A DNA stretch of 64,000 nt from an uncultured bacterium (GCA_963768625.1 CAVYIK010000003.1:262715-326714), one strand, 5' to 3'. Numbered from the stretch's first letter, positions 36,485 to 46,773 are shown. The notes: generated by a model not told the origin, from the sequence alone. Numbers and translations are program-made.

Positions 36485-37645
36485 CTACCGAACCGTCGCC
36501 TTGAACTCCTCGGCGGTCTTTTTTTCGAGCGCGTGGTGCATCACGTCCACCTCGGCGTTCGTGAGCGTCCGGTCCGTACTGCGGTAGACCACGCGGAACG
36601 CGTAGCTTGTTTTCCCCGCACCGAACTTTTCTACGTTTTCATATTTATCGAGAAGGGCAACTTCCTCCACGAGGTCACCGCCGATGTCGCGGATCACATC
36701 AAAATAATTATTGGGAGCAAAATCGGCGCCCACCACGAACGAAATGTCGCGCGTGACGGGCGGGTATTTACTCACCTCTTTGTAGGCGTTCCCGAGGCGC
36801 AGCTGGCGCACGACGCGCGGGTCGGCGGACCGCAAAAGCCGAATGTCGGGCAGTTGCATGCTCAAGATCGCGAGCCGCTCCAGGCCGAACCCGAACGCCC
36901 AGCCGTTATAGACGCGGGAATCTATGCCCAAATTGTCCAATACTTTCGGCTGCACGACGCCGCTCCCCAAGACCTCTACCCAGCGCCCGCCCACTTCTAT
37001 CTCCATCTCCAAGCTCGGGTCCGTATACGGGAACGTGTCTTTATTAAAACGATATTTGATTCCCTTGCCATAGATCGCTTGGGCGATCTTCACTAGGATA
37101 TCCTGCAATTCCGGAAGCCCGATCATCTTCTCCTCGCGGCGGCACAGGTACAGACCGTCCATTTGATGGAACACATTCATATGGTTCCGATCGATCTCGT
37201 CCTTCCGATACACTTTGCCATATGAGAGGACGCCGACCGGCTCGCCCGCCGCGATCTTCTTTTTTATCTCGTCGCGGAGGAGATAGTAGTACCACATGAT
37301 CGTCGTGTGCGTCCGCAAAATATATTTATCGTTCACATAGTACGTGTCGGAACGGCTGCGCGCAGGATGGTCGGGCGGAAAATTGAAAAGATCAAAGCTT
37401 TCCCGCGCAGGCACGATCTCCGGTACCCGCACCACGTCGAACGTTTTGAAATCCGGCAACGCAACGATCCGCTTCACTATCTCCTCGATCGGGCTCCCCT
37501 TCGTGCGCGAGAGGTCCGGCATGCGGAGGAACCGTAGCATGCGCGCCCCTTCCGGGTCATTCCTCTTTTCAATCTCCGCAAGGAGTCGCTTTTCTTCGGG
37601 CGGCGCAATGACGATTTCGGTAGCCATGTTCTTTATTGTATACAA
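36485..37645 (-). CDS. pheS: Phenylalanine--tRNA ligase alpha subunit
   Basis: 386 aa with HPARSRSDTYY, class II motifs FHQMDG and GWAFGFGLERLA. Confidence 0.95.
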   Translation of the reverse strand: MYTIKNMATEIVIAPPEEKRLLAEIEKRNDPEGARMLRFLRMPDLSRTKGSPIEEIVKRIVALPDFKTFDVVRVPEIVPARESFDLFNFPPDHPARSRSDTYYVNDKYILRTHTTIMWYYYLLRDEIKKKIAAGEPVGVLSYGKVYRKDEIDRNHMNVFHQMDGLYLCRREEKMIGLPELQDILVKIAQAIYGKGIKYRFNKDTFPYTDPSLEMEIEVGGRWVEVLGSGVVQPKVLDNLGIDSRVYNGWAFGFGLERLAILSMQLPDIRLLRSADPRVVRQLRLGNAYKEVSKYPPVTRDISFVVGADFAPNNYFDVIRDIGGDLVEEVALLDKYENVEKFGAGKTSYAFRVVYRSTDRTLTNAEVDVMHHALEKKTAEEFKATVR

Positions 37646-37649
37646 TCCG

Positions 37650-37722
37650 TGCCGGCGGCAGGATTCGAACCTGCGACCTTGGCCTTATGAAAGCCCTGCT
37701 CTAACCACTGAGCTACGCCGGC
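37650..37722 (-). tRNA. tRNA with anticodon CAT (elongator Met or Ile2); CCA not encoded
   Basis: The minus strand reads GCCGGCGTAGCTCAGTGGTTAGAGCAGGGCTTTCATAAGGCCAAGGTCGCAGGTTCGAATCCTGCCGCCGGCA, with acceptor GCCGGCG/CGCCGGC, anticodon loop TTCATAA and T-loop TTCGAAT. Confidence 0.85.
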
Positions 37723-37736
37723 AAACCGCAAAATAA

Positions 37737-38738
37737 CTATATTATTCTTTCATCGACACCGTCAAGAATTTCCTTTTTGATCTTATTTGCATTGCCGTGC
37801 TTCAAAAGCCCGAGGTACGAGGCTATCCGTTCTGGCTTTGGGTCGGCCGTGATGCGGCTTATAGCTCGGCGACGGGTCGCGGCACGAAGTACGCGATGGT
37901 CTGGGAAATGAACCCATCCCAGAAAGTCGACCCCGGCCGCCAATGTTTTTATATATACCTTCTCGGGATGAAGCTCGAGCTTCAGGTGATCGCGTAAAAA
38001 TAAATGAATTTCAGGGAGAATTGCCTCCAGCCGCCCGCGGTCGGATGACATGATGACAAAATCGTCTGCATAGCGGATATAATATTTAGCCCTGATGACA
38101 TGTTTCATGAATTGATCGAATTCGTTCATGTAAATATTCACGAAAAGTTGCGAAGTGAGATTCCCAAGCGGCAAGCCAACGCCGGGAGCGGTAGAGGAAA
38201 AACTTGCGACCACTTCTTCCAAAAGCCACACGATGTCGCGATTCGGGATATAGGTCTTTAGGATTTCGATAAGTTTGCGGTGATCGACATTCGCAAAGAA
38301 TTTTCTTATGTCGCACTGGAGTACCCAAGAGGTGCGCGTGTTGTTTTTACTGACGATATGGGCGAATGTGCGGAAGCGGTTCATCGCGGCATGCGTTCCC
38401 TTGCCCACGCGGCACGAGAACGAGTCAGCGATAAACATCCTATCAAAGAACGGATAAAGTACGCGATGGATCGCATGATGGACGAGCCGATCGCGCACGC
38501 TTGCTTTGTGGATGTTCCGCGGCTTCGGGTCGGCGACATTGAACGCTTGATAGCCGCCATGGCGATAGGTATGATTGATGAGATCGGCGTGGAGCGCGAA
38601 GAGGTTATCTACCAGATGAAACTGAAACTCCTGCGTGTCCCTTTTCTTCCGCTTCGCCGCGATGAACTCTTCCCATGCCTCAAGCAAGCTCTGCATCCCC
38701 GCGATTTTTTCGAGATTTCCGGCAAATTGTATCTTCAT
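37737..38738 (-). CDS. DGR-type reverse transcriptase
   Basis: Start trimmed to MKIQFAGN... at 38738 (M at 38696 is an alternative). RT motifs are PKPRNIHKASVRDRLVHHA, CDIRKFFANVDH, the DGR-hallmark LPLGNLTSQ, YIRYADDFVI and GVDFLGW. Confidence 0.9.
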   Translation of the reverse strand: MKIQFAGNLEKIAGMQSLLEAWEEFIAAKRKKRDTQEFQFHLVDNLFALHADLINHTYRHGGYQAFNVADPKPRNIHKASVRDRLVHHAIHRVLYPFFDRMFIADSFSCRVGKGTHAAMNRFRTFAHIVSKNNTRTSWVLQCDIRKFFANVDHRKLIEILKTYIPNRDIVWLLEEVVASFSSTAPGVGLPLGNLTSQLFVNIYMNEFDQFMKHVIRAKYYIRYADDFVIMSSDRGRLEAILPEIHLFLRDHLKLELHPEKVYIKTLAAGVDFLGWVHFPDHRVLRAATRRRAISRITADPKPERIASYLGLLKHGNANKIKKEILDGVDERII

Positions 38739-38780
38739 GGATAAAAATCCACACGTAACCCCCCCCCCGACACCTCGACC

Positions 38781-39128
38781 CTGCCGATCGTCCAGCATCT
38801 GATCTCGGCGTACAAGGTCTGGCACGAGTTCCTACCGCACACCTCCCGCGACATACGCTATACGCTCGGGGCGAAAATCGACGCCGTACTCATCGAGACG
38901 ATTGAATTGATCTTTGTTGCAAGCTATCTCGGCAAGCAGCAGAAAATCCCCTATCTGCAACGGGCGAATGCCAAGCTCGATCTCGCGAAGTTCTTTCTAC
39001 ATATCCTCTGGGATATCAAGGGGCTCGATAGCAAAAAATATCTCGCACTCTCGGAGCAACTGAACGAAATCGGCAAGATGCTCGGCGGCTGGATCAAGGG
39101 CCTTGAGGGCAAAACTCCCGTCGGATGA
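38781..39128 (+). CDS. avd: Avd-like four-helix-bundle protein (DGR accessory variability determinant candidate); start unresolved
   Basis: The frame is open from 38745. The sequence ...YKVWHEFLPHTSRDIRYTLGAKIDAVLIETIELIFVASY...LALSEQLNEIGKMLGGWIKGL matches the four-helix-bundle (23S-IVS-protein/Avd) pattern. There is no in-frame ATG. The ATG at 38737 is out of frame across a C10 tract (38759..38768). Confidence 0.7.
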   Translation: MPIVQHLISAYKVWHEFLPHTSRDIRYTLGAKIDAVLIETIELIFVASYLGKQQKIPYLQRANAKLDLAKFFLHILWDIKGLDSKKYLALSEQLNEIGKMLGGWIKGLEGKTPVG

Positions 39129-39133
39129 GCGGG

Positions 39134-39256
39134 AGGATGCAAGAGTTTCGGGAGAAGACCTGGTTGTCGTCGTTCCACGTGTTCGGGTTCGTGACGGAGT
39201 TCGCGTTCACGTTCCAGCCGTCGTCGTTCCAGTTCGCGTTGACCGTGCGGAGCACC
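39134..39256 (-). repeat. DGR template repeat (TR), AAC-rich
   Basis: It aligns without gaps to 39573..39695 at an offset of 439 nt. On the coding strand it reads LRTVNANWNDDGWNVNANSVTNPNTWNDDNQVFSRNS. Mismatches to the VR fall almost only at TR adenines. Confidence 0.85.
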
Positions 39257-39494
39257 AGTCCGTTCTCGTGCATGAGATCATCCGCGCCACTGCCCCTCGA
39301 ATGCTCTCGGGGCTGTATCGTATTTGGGGCCTCGAAGCCCTCCAATTCCACGCACCAATTCTTGTATTTTTTGAGTAGGCTCGTCGCACACTTGCGCAAG
39401 GCGTACCCGGCGCAATTCTGGCAAAAGAGCCATACGAAAGCGCGACGGAAAAGCCGTAACCGTTCCGTATGCGAGCTTTCATGGAACAGTATAA

Positions 39495-39524
39495 CAAAAA
39501 AGACCCCCGACGATGTCGAGGGTC
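39495..39524 (-). terminator. Rho-independent terminator between the DGR target gene and the TR
   Basis: The minus strand reads GACCCTCGAC-ATC-GTCGGGGGTC followed by TTTTTT. Confidence 0.6.
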
Positions 39525-39572
39525 AAAGGGTTTAAGGATCTAAAGGTCCCGATCCAGAGGGTCCGAGGACCA

Positions 39573-39695
39573 CAGGATCAAGAATTGCGGGAGAAGACCC
39601 GGAGGGCGTCGTCCCACGCGTACGGGTTCGTCACGGAGCCCGCGCCCACGTCCCAGCCGACGCCGCCCCAGTCCGCGCCGACCGTGCGGAGCACC
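39573..39695 (-). repeat. DGR variable repeat (VR) plus IMH-like 3' end, covering the last ~38 codons of the target gene
   Basis: It encodes LRTVGADWGGVGWDVGAGSVTNPYAWDDALRVFSRNS*. See the TR feature for the alignment. Confidence 0.85.
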
Positions 39696-40246
39696 CCCTT
39701 GGCATCACGAATATAAAATATGTTCGCGTAGCCATTGGTGAGTAATGGACCGTTCTCCCCGTTCTTCTGCGCCTGCATCAGCGAGAAAAGTTCAGTGAGG
39801 GTAGTCTCGGCCTTCTCTTCACCGCCAAGCTCGGCGATGATCGGACCGTCGACGGACGAGCGGGAGAGTTTCCCGTACTTGAGGGTCGATCCTCCGAACT
39901 GTTGCTCCTCTTTAGGGAGGAACCAGTCGCGGAAGTTATCCCACACGCACGAGATCTTCACGGGCGCGTCCTTCTTGGTGTTCACGACAAAATGGCTGCG
40001 GGCGACGAACGAACCGTCGTTGCGAGGAACCGTTGTCATGCCGACGGGAATGAGAAGCGGCGGGTTCAGCGGCTTGAGGCCGAGGAACTTCCGAAACGCT
40101 TCGCGGTCGAAGCCCTCCGGATTGGCGTCCAGAAGATCGGACAACGCGCCCGAGTCGAAGGCCCACTGGAGCTGCTCCGTTGGCGTGCCCTTATCGACGA
40201 CCATCTTGATGAGCTTACCACCTTGTTCGAGGGTTGCGGTTTTCAT
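39578..40246 (-). CDS. DGR target (variable) protein, 222 aa, with a C-terminal VR; no signal peptide seen
   Basis: The ATG at 40246 is preceded by AGGAGG at 8 nt. The C-terminal W/G/D-rich VR region is consistent with a CLec-type variable ligand-binding fold (inference). I recognise no family for the N-terminal ~180 aa. Confidence 0.85.
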   Translation of the reverse strand: MKTATLEQGGKLIKMVVDKGTPTEQLQWAFDSGALSDLLDANPEGFDREAFRKFLGLKPLNPPLLIPVGMTTVPRNDGSFVARSHFVVNTKKDAPVKISCVWDNFRDWFLPKEEQQFGGSTLKYGKLSRSSVDGPIIAELGGEEKAETTLTELFSLMQAQKNGENGPLLTNGYANIFYIRDAKGVLRTVGADWGGVGWDVGAGSVTNPYAWDDALRVFSRNS

Positions 40247-40421
40247 ACGCAAGTCCTCCTTTTCTGCCGTCCAAGTCCCTGAACATCGTGCTGCTTTGGA
40301 TGATGTTCCTCCGGGGTTAGTTGCGGCCCGCGACGAATATTTTTGTATGCGCCAAGGGCCGCAACCAAACCATAAAATCCTCTAAATCCACGTTTTGAAA
40401 GAGCTGCTGCCTACGGAAATA

Positions 40422-40451
40422 AGTATAACATAATCGATATGATTCTGTCAA
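40422..40451 (-). promoter_or_regulatory. Candidate promoter of the DGR target gene
   Basis: The minus strand reads TTGACA (40451..40446), an 18-nt spacer, then TATACT (40427..40422). Confidence 0.35.
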
Positions 40452-40488
40452 GCCATTTGCCGTTGAGCTACTATCCCACCCAAAGCGG

Positions 40489-40618
40489 AGATTTTCCTCA
40501 CTCAAGGGCATCTCGGAGCCACGGCGGCTTGAGGCGACCTTCAGGTCGCCTGCCGTGGCGAGAGCGAGGCGCGCTCGCCCGCCGGAGCGAGCGACGCCGT
40601 CCCTTGAGGGAGGAAAAT
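40489..40618. ncRNA. Candidate structured RNA/DNA element (130 nt closed by a 19-bp stem); strand and identity unknown
   Basis: gattttcctcactcaaggg (40489..40507) pairs with cccttgagggaggaaaatc (40600..40618) with one mismatch. Inside are the hairpins ccacggc..ggcgacc-ttca-ggtcgcc..gccgtgg and gcgag-gcgcg-ctcgc. It is intergenic, between the DGR target promoter and murD. Confidence 0.3.
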
Positions 40619-40776
40619 CGAAGCTTGTTGCGGGGGCCGGAATCGGACCGGCTTCGGGAGCTTATGGGGCTCCCCGGAAAACCATTCCCAACCCTCCCGC
40701 GCGAATAACGTCAATCCATTCTAAATGAATTTTTAATGAATTGTCAAAAACGCCGAATGATGGGATTATAAAAATA

Positions 40777-42106
40777 ATGAAGAAAGTCGCGATCTTGGGG
40801 TTCGGCCGCGAGGGACGATCCGTCCTCGCGTTTCATTAAAAAGGCGCCAGCGTTCCGCGGCGCGGAGATCTGGATCCTGGATAAAGAAAAGAATATGCAA
40901 GGTGCCGCCCGGCGACGCACGCCATACTCGGCACGCGAAATTACCTCTCACGTCTCGAGGATTTTGACCTTGTCTTCCGCTCGCCCGGGATCCCCTACAC
41001 CCTGCCCGCACTCGCAAGCGCGCGGCGGCGCGGCGCGCAATTCTCAAGCCTCATCGAGCTTTTCTTTGCCCACTGCCCCGCGAAAGATCATCGGCATCAC
41101 GGGCACAAAGGGAAAGGGAACGACGGCAACCCTGCTCTATAAAATGCTCAAGGCCGCCGCCGCGACGCGTATCTTGCGGGGAACGTGGGCACGCCCGCGC
41201 TTGACATCCTTCCAAAGCTCACAAAAAAATCTATCGTCGTTCTTGAACTCTCCAGCTTCCAGCTGCAGGACCTCAAATGCTTCCCCGCCGGTCGCCGTCG
41301 TGCTCGATGTTTTCCCCGACCACCAGGACGCGCACAAAAACCTGAAAGAATATTACGAGGCAAAAGCGAACATCGCGCGGTTCCAAACACCGCGCGACAA
41401 AGTTTTCTTCTTTCAAGAACGACCGCATGAGCGCGATGGGCGGCCCGCCACGGCCACGGAAAGAAAAGATCGTGCGTGGACGAGCGGCAGTTCGCGCTTT
41501 TCGGCCCGGAAGACCTCGCAATACCCGGCTACCACAATTTCAAAAATGCCGTGATGGCGGCGACCGTCGCGCGGGCGCTCGGCGTCCCCGCACGCGCACC
41601 ATCATAAAAACCGTCGACGATGTTCCCGGAAACGAACACCGGCTTGGAATTCGTGCGGAAGATCGGCGGCGTCGCAATTCTATAACGATTCTGCTTCCAC
41701 GAATCCGCAGACCTCCGCCGCCGCGCCGTGAACGCCTTCCCCGGCCATCCGAAGACACTCATCGCCGGCGGCAAAGACAAGAACCTTGATTACGCGCCGC
41801 TCGCGAAAGCGCTCAAACGCATCGCGCGCACTCGGTCCGCGTAGTGCTCTTCGGAGAGAACAGGAAAAAGATAGCGCGCGCCATAAGCGCTCGCTCAAAT
41901 CCCGGTCGCCGGTGCCGTCGCATCCAATCGTCCCTGATCTGCGGGCGGCCGTGCGGCGCGGCTACCGCGCGGCGCGCTCGTGCAGCACTCATCGCGGCCG
42001 CCGGTCGTCCTCTTTCTCTCCGGGCGCCACGAGCTTTGACCGGTTCGAGAATTATGCCGACCGCGGCAAAGCAGTTCAAAGCGCGCGCTCAAAAACATTG
42101 AAATAA
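40777..42106 (+). CDS. murD: UDP-N-acetylmuramoylalanine--D-glutamate ligase (frameshift-interrupted in this assembly)
   Basis: MKKVAILGFGREGRSVLAF then a stop. The gene continues in other frames: IIGITGTKGKGTTATLLYKML, GTPALDILPKLTKKSIVVLELSSFQLQDL, VVLDVFPDHQDAHKNLKEYYEAKANI and ...FDRFENYADRGK. Many frame changes are needed. Confidence 0.8.
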
Positions 42107-42128
42107 TCGCCAAAAGACGCTAGAATCC

Positions 42129-42425
42129 ATGCAATGGCATCAGCAATTGAGCAAACAGGAACTGGAGCACCTGGCGAAGCTCGCGCGCATTGAACTTGAC
42201 CCGAAGGAAGAAGAAAAACTCTCGAAGGACCTCGGCAATATTTTGGACTATTTCAAGGAACTCCAGGAGCTTGATACCGCGAACGTCCCTCCGATGACGG
42301 GCGGAACCGATCTCACGAATGTTTTCCGCGAGGACGGCGAGCGCGAAAACACGAACCGCGGCGCGGGCATGGAGGCGTTCCCCGAAAAGAAAGACGGCTA
42401 TCTTGAAAGTGCCGCCGGTTTTTGA
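42129..42425 (+). CDS. gatC: Asp/Glu-tRNA amidotransferase subunit C
   Basis: 98 aa: ELEHLAKLARIELDPKEEEKLSKDLGNILDYFKELQELDT. Confidence 0.85.
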   Translation: MQWHQQLSKQELEHLAKLARIELDPKEEEKLSKDLGNILDYFKELQELDTANVPPMTGGTDLTNVFREDGERENTNRGAGMEAFPEKKDGYLESAAGF

Positions 42426-42450
42426 ATAGCGAAGAACGATCACGATCACC

Positions 42451-43951
<1,501 letters not shown>

Positions 43952-43952
43952 C

Positions 43953-44597
43953 ATGGCCTTGCTGCCCCCCACCTCAACCATTAGCGCGACGAGCGCCGCC
44001 GCCGAGATCCAGAAACTGCAGACCGCCTACGGGCCGGACGCGGCGGCTGCGGGGCACTCGGCGTCCACGTTCTTTTACAGCTACCTTCCGCTCTTTGAGG
44101 TCATAAGCGTTCTTCTTACGGTGACCTTCGTCGTGGCTTCCATCTACGTCATCATACAAACCGGCTGGCTAGGGCTCCGCGTTGACCGCTTCCGGGACGT
44201 CGTGTTCCACAGCGACCTTTCCAAGAAACGCGCGAAGGCATCCTGGAGAAGCATCCAGCGGCACTTTTTCTCCGGCGACGATAATGCCCTGAAGGTTGCG
44301 GTCATTGAAGCGGACAAGTTGCTTGACGAAGCGCTCATGGGCGCGGGCGTGCAAGGGAAGGAGCTCGGCGAGCGCCTGAAAAAAATAAAACCGTCCCAGT
44401 TGCCCAACATTGAAAACGTCTGGGAGGCCCATAAGCTGCGGAATCGAATTGCCCACGAGTCCAATTTTGTGATGAAGCGCGACCTCGCCGAGCGGGCGCT
44501 CACCATATATGAAGAGGCGCTTAAACAGCTTGGGCTGATCGGGGAGGAAGAAGGCGGATCTACTGAAGCGGAGCACCGTTCACCGCCGTCACGCTAA
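43953..44597 (+). CDS. Hypothetical membrane protein
   Basis: 214 aa with one TM helix (VISVLLTVTFVVASIYVIIQTGW) and a helical C-terminal domain. Confidence 0.5.
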   Translation: MALLPPTSTISATSAAAEIQKLQTAYGPDAAAAGHSASTFFYSYLPLFEVISVLLTVTFVVASIYVIIQTGWLGLRVDRFRDVVFHSDLSKKRAKASWRSIQRHFFSGDDNALKVAVIEADKLLDEALMGAGVQGKELGERLKKIKPSQLPNIENVWEAHKLRNRIAHESNFVMKRDLAERALTIYEEALKQLGLIGEEEGGSTEAEHRSPPSR

Positions 44598-45510
44598 GAT
44601 ATTGCGAACCGGCGGTGTGGGTACCCGCAAGCGTGACCGGGCTCGTGCTCGTGAGCAACGGGTTCAATGCCGCAATCACTTTCGCATCTTTCGCATTTGA
44701 AACATAGATAACGACTCCGTAGGTGGTCGTGAGCGCGAAGGAGGATTTTCCTCCCGTCAGGTGACCGCTTATGGATACCGTCGTTGTCGTCGCTCCCGAG
44801 ACAAGCTCCGGCAGGGCCGCGAACGAAAGGTTGGTCGCAAGATCAAGGTTTTGCGCAGTGAGAGAAGCGACGCTCGCCGCGAGGGCGGTGTTTGAAGCGT
44901 CAAGCGCCTGCACCTGGCCGCTCAACGAGGCGATCTGCGCGGTGACGCCGGCGCTCTGGCCGCCCAACGATGCCACCTGCGCGCTCAAATTGCTATTTTG
45001 GAAATAGAGATATCCGGAGAGGCCGGCGAGTAGAACGATGATGACTACGAAGACGATTGTCATCACGTGGCCGCCCGGTTTTTTCTCTGTTTTTAAATTT
45101 AACGGCTTCGCGGCGCTCGCCATGCTCCCCATCGCAGAGCCTGCGGCTGCCAAACTCCCTATTTTCGCCGCACCACCCGGAGCGCCCGCTCCAACCGATG
45201 ATACAAGATCGCTTACTTTAATTGCCTTCGGCCCCCCGCCCATTCCCGTTCCCATCGTTGAGGGAGAAAAGCTTCCGGGGGTCGCCGCCGGCCGCGTTGA
45301 GGGCATTGCGCCTCCCGCCGCAGGCATCGCACTCGCCGGAGCCATACCCGCCGGTGCCGCCGGCTTCAAGGCGCCTTCCACTTTCTTCAAAGAATCTTCC
45401 ACGTCCGCCGCCACCCATCCAGCGGTGACGAGCGTCGTCTTGATCGCCTCGCGCGGGATACCGGCCTTCATCTGCGATGAAATGTACTCAAGTAATTGGT
45501 CTTGGACCAT
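44560..45510 (-). CDS. Hypothetical membrane-anchored protein with Ala/Gly/Pro-rich linker and coiled-coil-like region
   Basis: Start trimmed to MVQDQLLEYISSQMKAG at 45510. It has a central TM helix (VMTIVFVVIIVLLAGLSGYLYF) followed by repetitive A/S/L-rich sequence. Confidence 0.45.
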   Translation of the reverse strand: MVQDQLLEYISSQMKAGIPREAIKTTLVTAGWVAADVEDSLKKVEGALKPAAPAGMAPASAMPAAGGAMPSTRPAATPGSFSPSTMGTGMGGGPKAIKVSDLVSSVGAGAPGGAAKIGSLAAAGSAMGSMASAAKPLNLKTEKKPGGHVMTIVFVVIIVLLAGLSGYLYFQNSNLSAQVASLGGQSAGVTAQIASLSGQVQALDASNTALAASVASLTAQNLDLATNLSFAALPELVSGATTTTVSISGHLTGGKSSFALTTTYGVVIYVSNAKDAKVIAALNPLLTSTSPVTLAGTHTAGSQYLSVTAVNGAPLQ

Positions 45511-45596
45511 ATACTCATTGTACACTATCGCACTCTGCGCCCATGTGGAAAAGCCCAAAACGGATTTGAAATAAAAAGGGGCGCCTGATTCTCCAA

Positions 45597-46151
45597 TCAA
45601 CTGGCGCCTCGTAAGTGCAGACTGCTCACGACTGAATTTACGGCCTCTTCCGGAGTGATATTGCTAGTATCAACACGAACGACGTTGCCGTGGTTCGCAA
45701 TGACCTCCTCGTATCTCTGCCGAATGAGGTGCTGCCTTCCAAGCATGCGTTGATCACCTGGCGACATGCCGCGATTTTTCATGCGCTGGTCTTGAGCTTC
45801 TGGTGATACCGTGAGGTATACGGTCACGTCTGGCATCACTATCTTCCCAATATCTTCCAGTTTGGCTGGAAGACCCATCGCCCGGTGATAAACTATCGTT
45901 GTCATCCAATAGCGGTCAACCACTATATTCCGTTTTCGGGCCAACGTTGCAATTTCTTCAGATGCGGCTCGTACCACGCGGATGAAATAGTCGTAGTGAT
46001 CGGCATCAGATGCCGTAGCGTTAATCCGATCCTGCTCAACGCGCATTTGCTCCGGAGGCGTTTTGTAAAGAATGGCGTTGAGAAATTTCGCCAGTCTATA
46101 ACAAACCTCACCTTTTCCGGTACAATCGGCTCCCTCCACGGCTATAATCAC
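45597..46151 (-). CDS. Thymidylate-kinase-like P-loop kinase (second Tmk-family paralogue)
   Basis: 184 aa with IIAVEGADCTGKG (Tmk-like P-loop) and VVDRYWMTTIVYH (a DRY-type motif). It is AT-richer than the core genes and is the last gene of a 4-gene minus-strand cassette. Confidence 0.6.
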   Translation of the reverse strand: MIIAVEGADCTGKGEVCYRLAKFLNAILYKTPPEQMRVEQDRINATASDADHYDYFIRVVRAASEEIATLARKRNIVVDRYWMTTIVYHRAMGLPAKLEDIGKIVMPDVTVYLTVSPEAQDQRMKNRGMSPGDQRMLGRQHLIRQRYEEVIANHGNVVRVDTSNITPEEAVNSVVSSLHLRGAS

Positions 46152-46642
46152 TATTCGCCTCCTTTCTGCGGCAACTGGATTTTTTCCAGGGTCACCTGCG
46201 TATCTGTCTTCGCAATTCTCAGAAGTACGGTGTGCCCCTGTTCTTTTCCAATAAAAGATCTGACCAGGGGTGCTAGGTAGCTGATGACGGGAGGAACCGA
46301 ATTCGGATCGGAATCTTCAAACCCTCCAATTAAATAGGTCTTCGTTTCGCCTCCCACGTCAAGCACTGCAAGATGTCCTATCCGCAACTTGCTCGTATCG
46401 ACAGATACTTCATCGATCACGGCCATGTCGGATATCTTTTGATTAAGCTCGGTGATTTGAGCATTAACCATCTGTTCATCTCGCATGAGCTGTTCAAAGG
46501 AAAAGTTGTCGTGCCACTGATTGCCCCCGACCTCCGCAGCTTCCCCTTTCTGGCTTTGAATGTTTTTGAGTTTATCGAACAGTTCTTGTTTGCGGCGCAT
46601 GATTCTTTCCGCACCGATACGAGTGAAATACAGCCTTGACAT
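46151..46642 (-). CDS. GreA/GreB-family protein (Gre-like, atypical coiled-coil tip)
   Basis: The ATG at 46642 is preceded by AGGAGG. It has an N-terminal coiled coil and a C-terminal Gre FKBP-like domain (IGHLAVLDVGGETKTYLIGGFEDSD...ISYLAPLVRSFIGKEQGHTV). The tip reads GGNQWHDNFSF where GreA has GDLSENAEY. Confidence 0.6.
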   Translation of the reverse strand: MSRLYFTRIGAERIMRRKQELFDKLKNIQSQKGEAAEVGGNQWHDNFSFEQLMRDEQMVNAQITELNQKISDMAVIDEVSVDTSKLRIGHLAVLDVGGETKTYLIGGFEDSDPNSVPPVISYLAPLVRSFIGKEQGHTVLLRIAKTDTQVTLEKIQLPQKGGE

Positions 46643-46773
46643 TCGTCCTCCTCTTATCCATTCATCCCATGAAATAAAGTGTGTAGGTGTTGACTGATGC
46701 TGCTCTGTTCTTATCATAAGATAAACATATGGTCAAGGCTCGGCACCAACCGTAACGCAGGAAACGAAACGTC

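Noticed and set aside
39094-39399. A 101-aa minus-strand ORF containing the Asn-rich sequence NANWNDDGWNVNANSVTNPNTWNDDN.
   Set aside because: This is the DGR template repeat read as protein. It overlaps the avd-like gene end and has no SD or plausible start. I treat it as non-coding TR RNA, possibly derived from an ancient duplicate of the target C-terminus.
40631-40700. A cloverleaf-like fold that might be a tRNA, with a candidate anticodon loop TTATGGG.
   Set aside because: It has no TTCGA-type T-loop and an irregular D-arm, and an ATG anticodon would be atypical. It is kept only as part of the structured-element finding, pending tRNAscan or Infernal.
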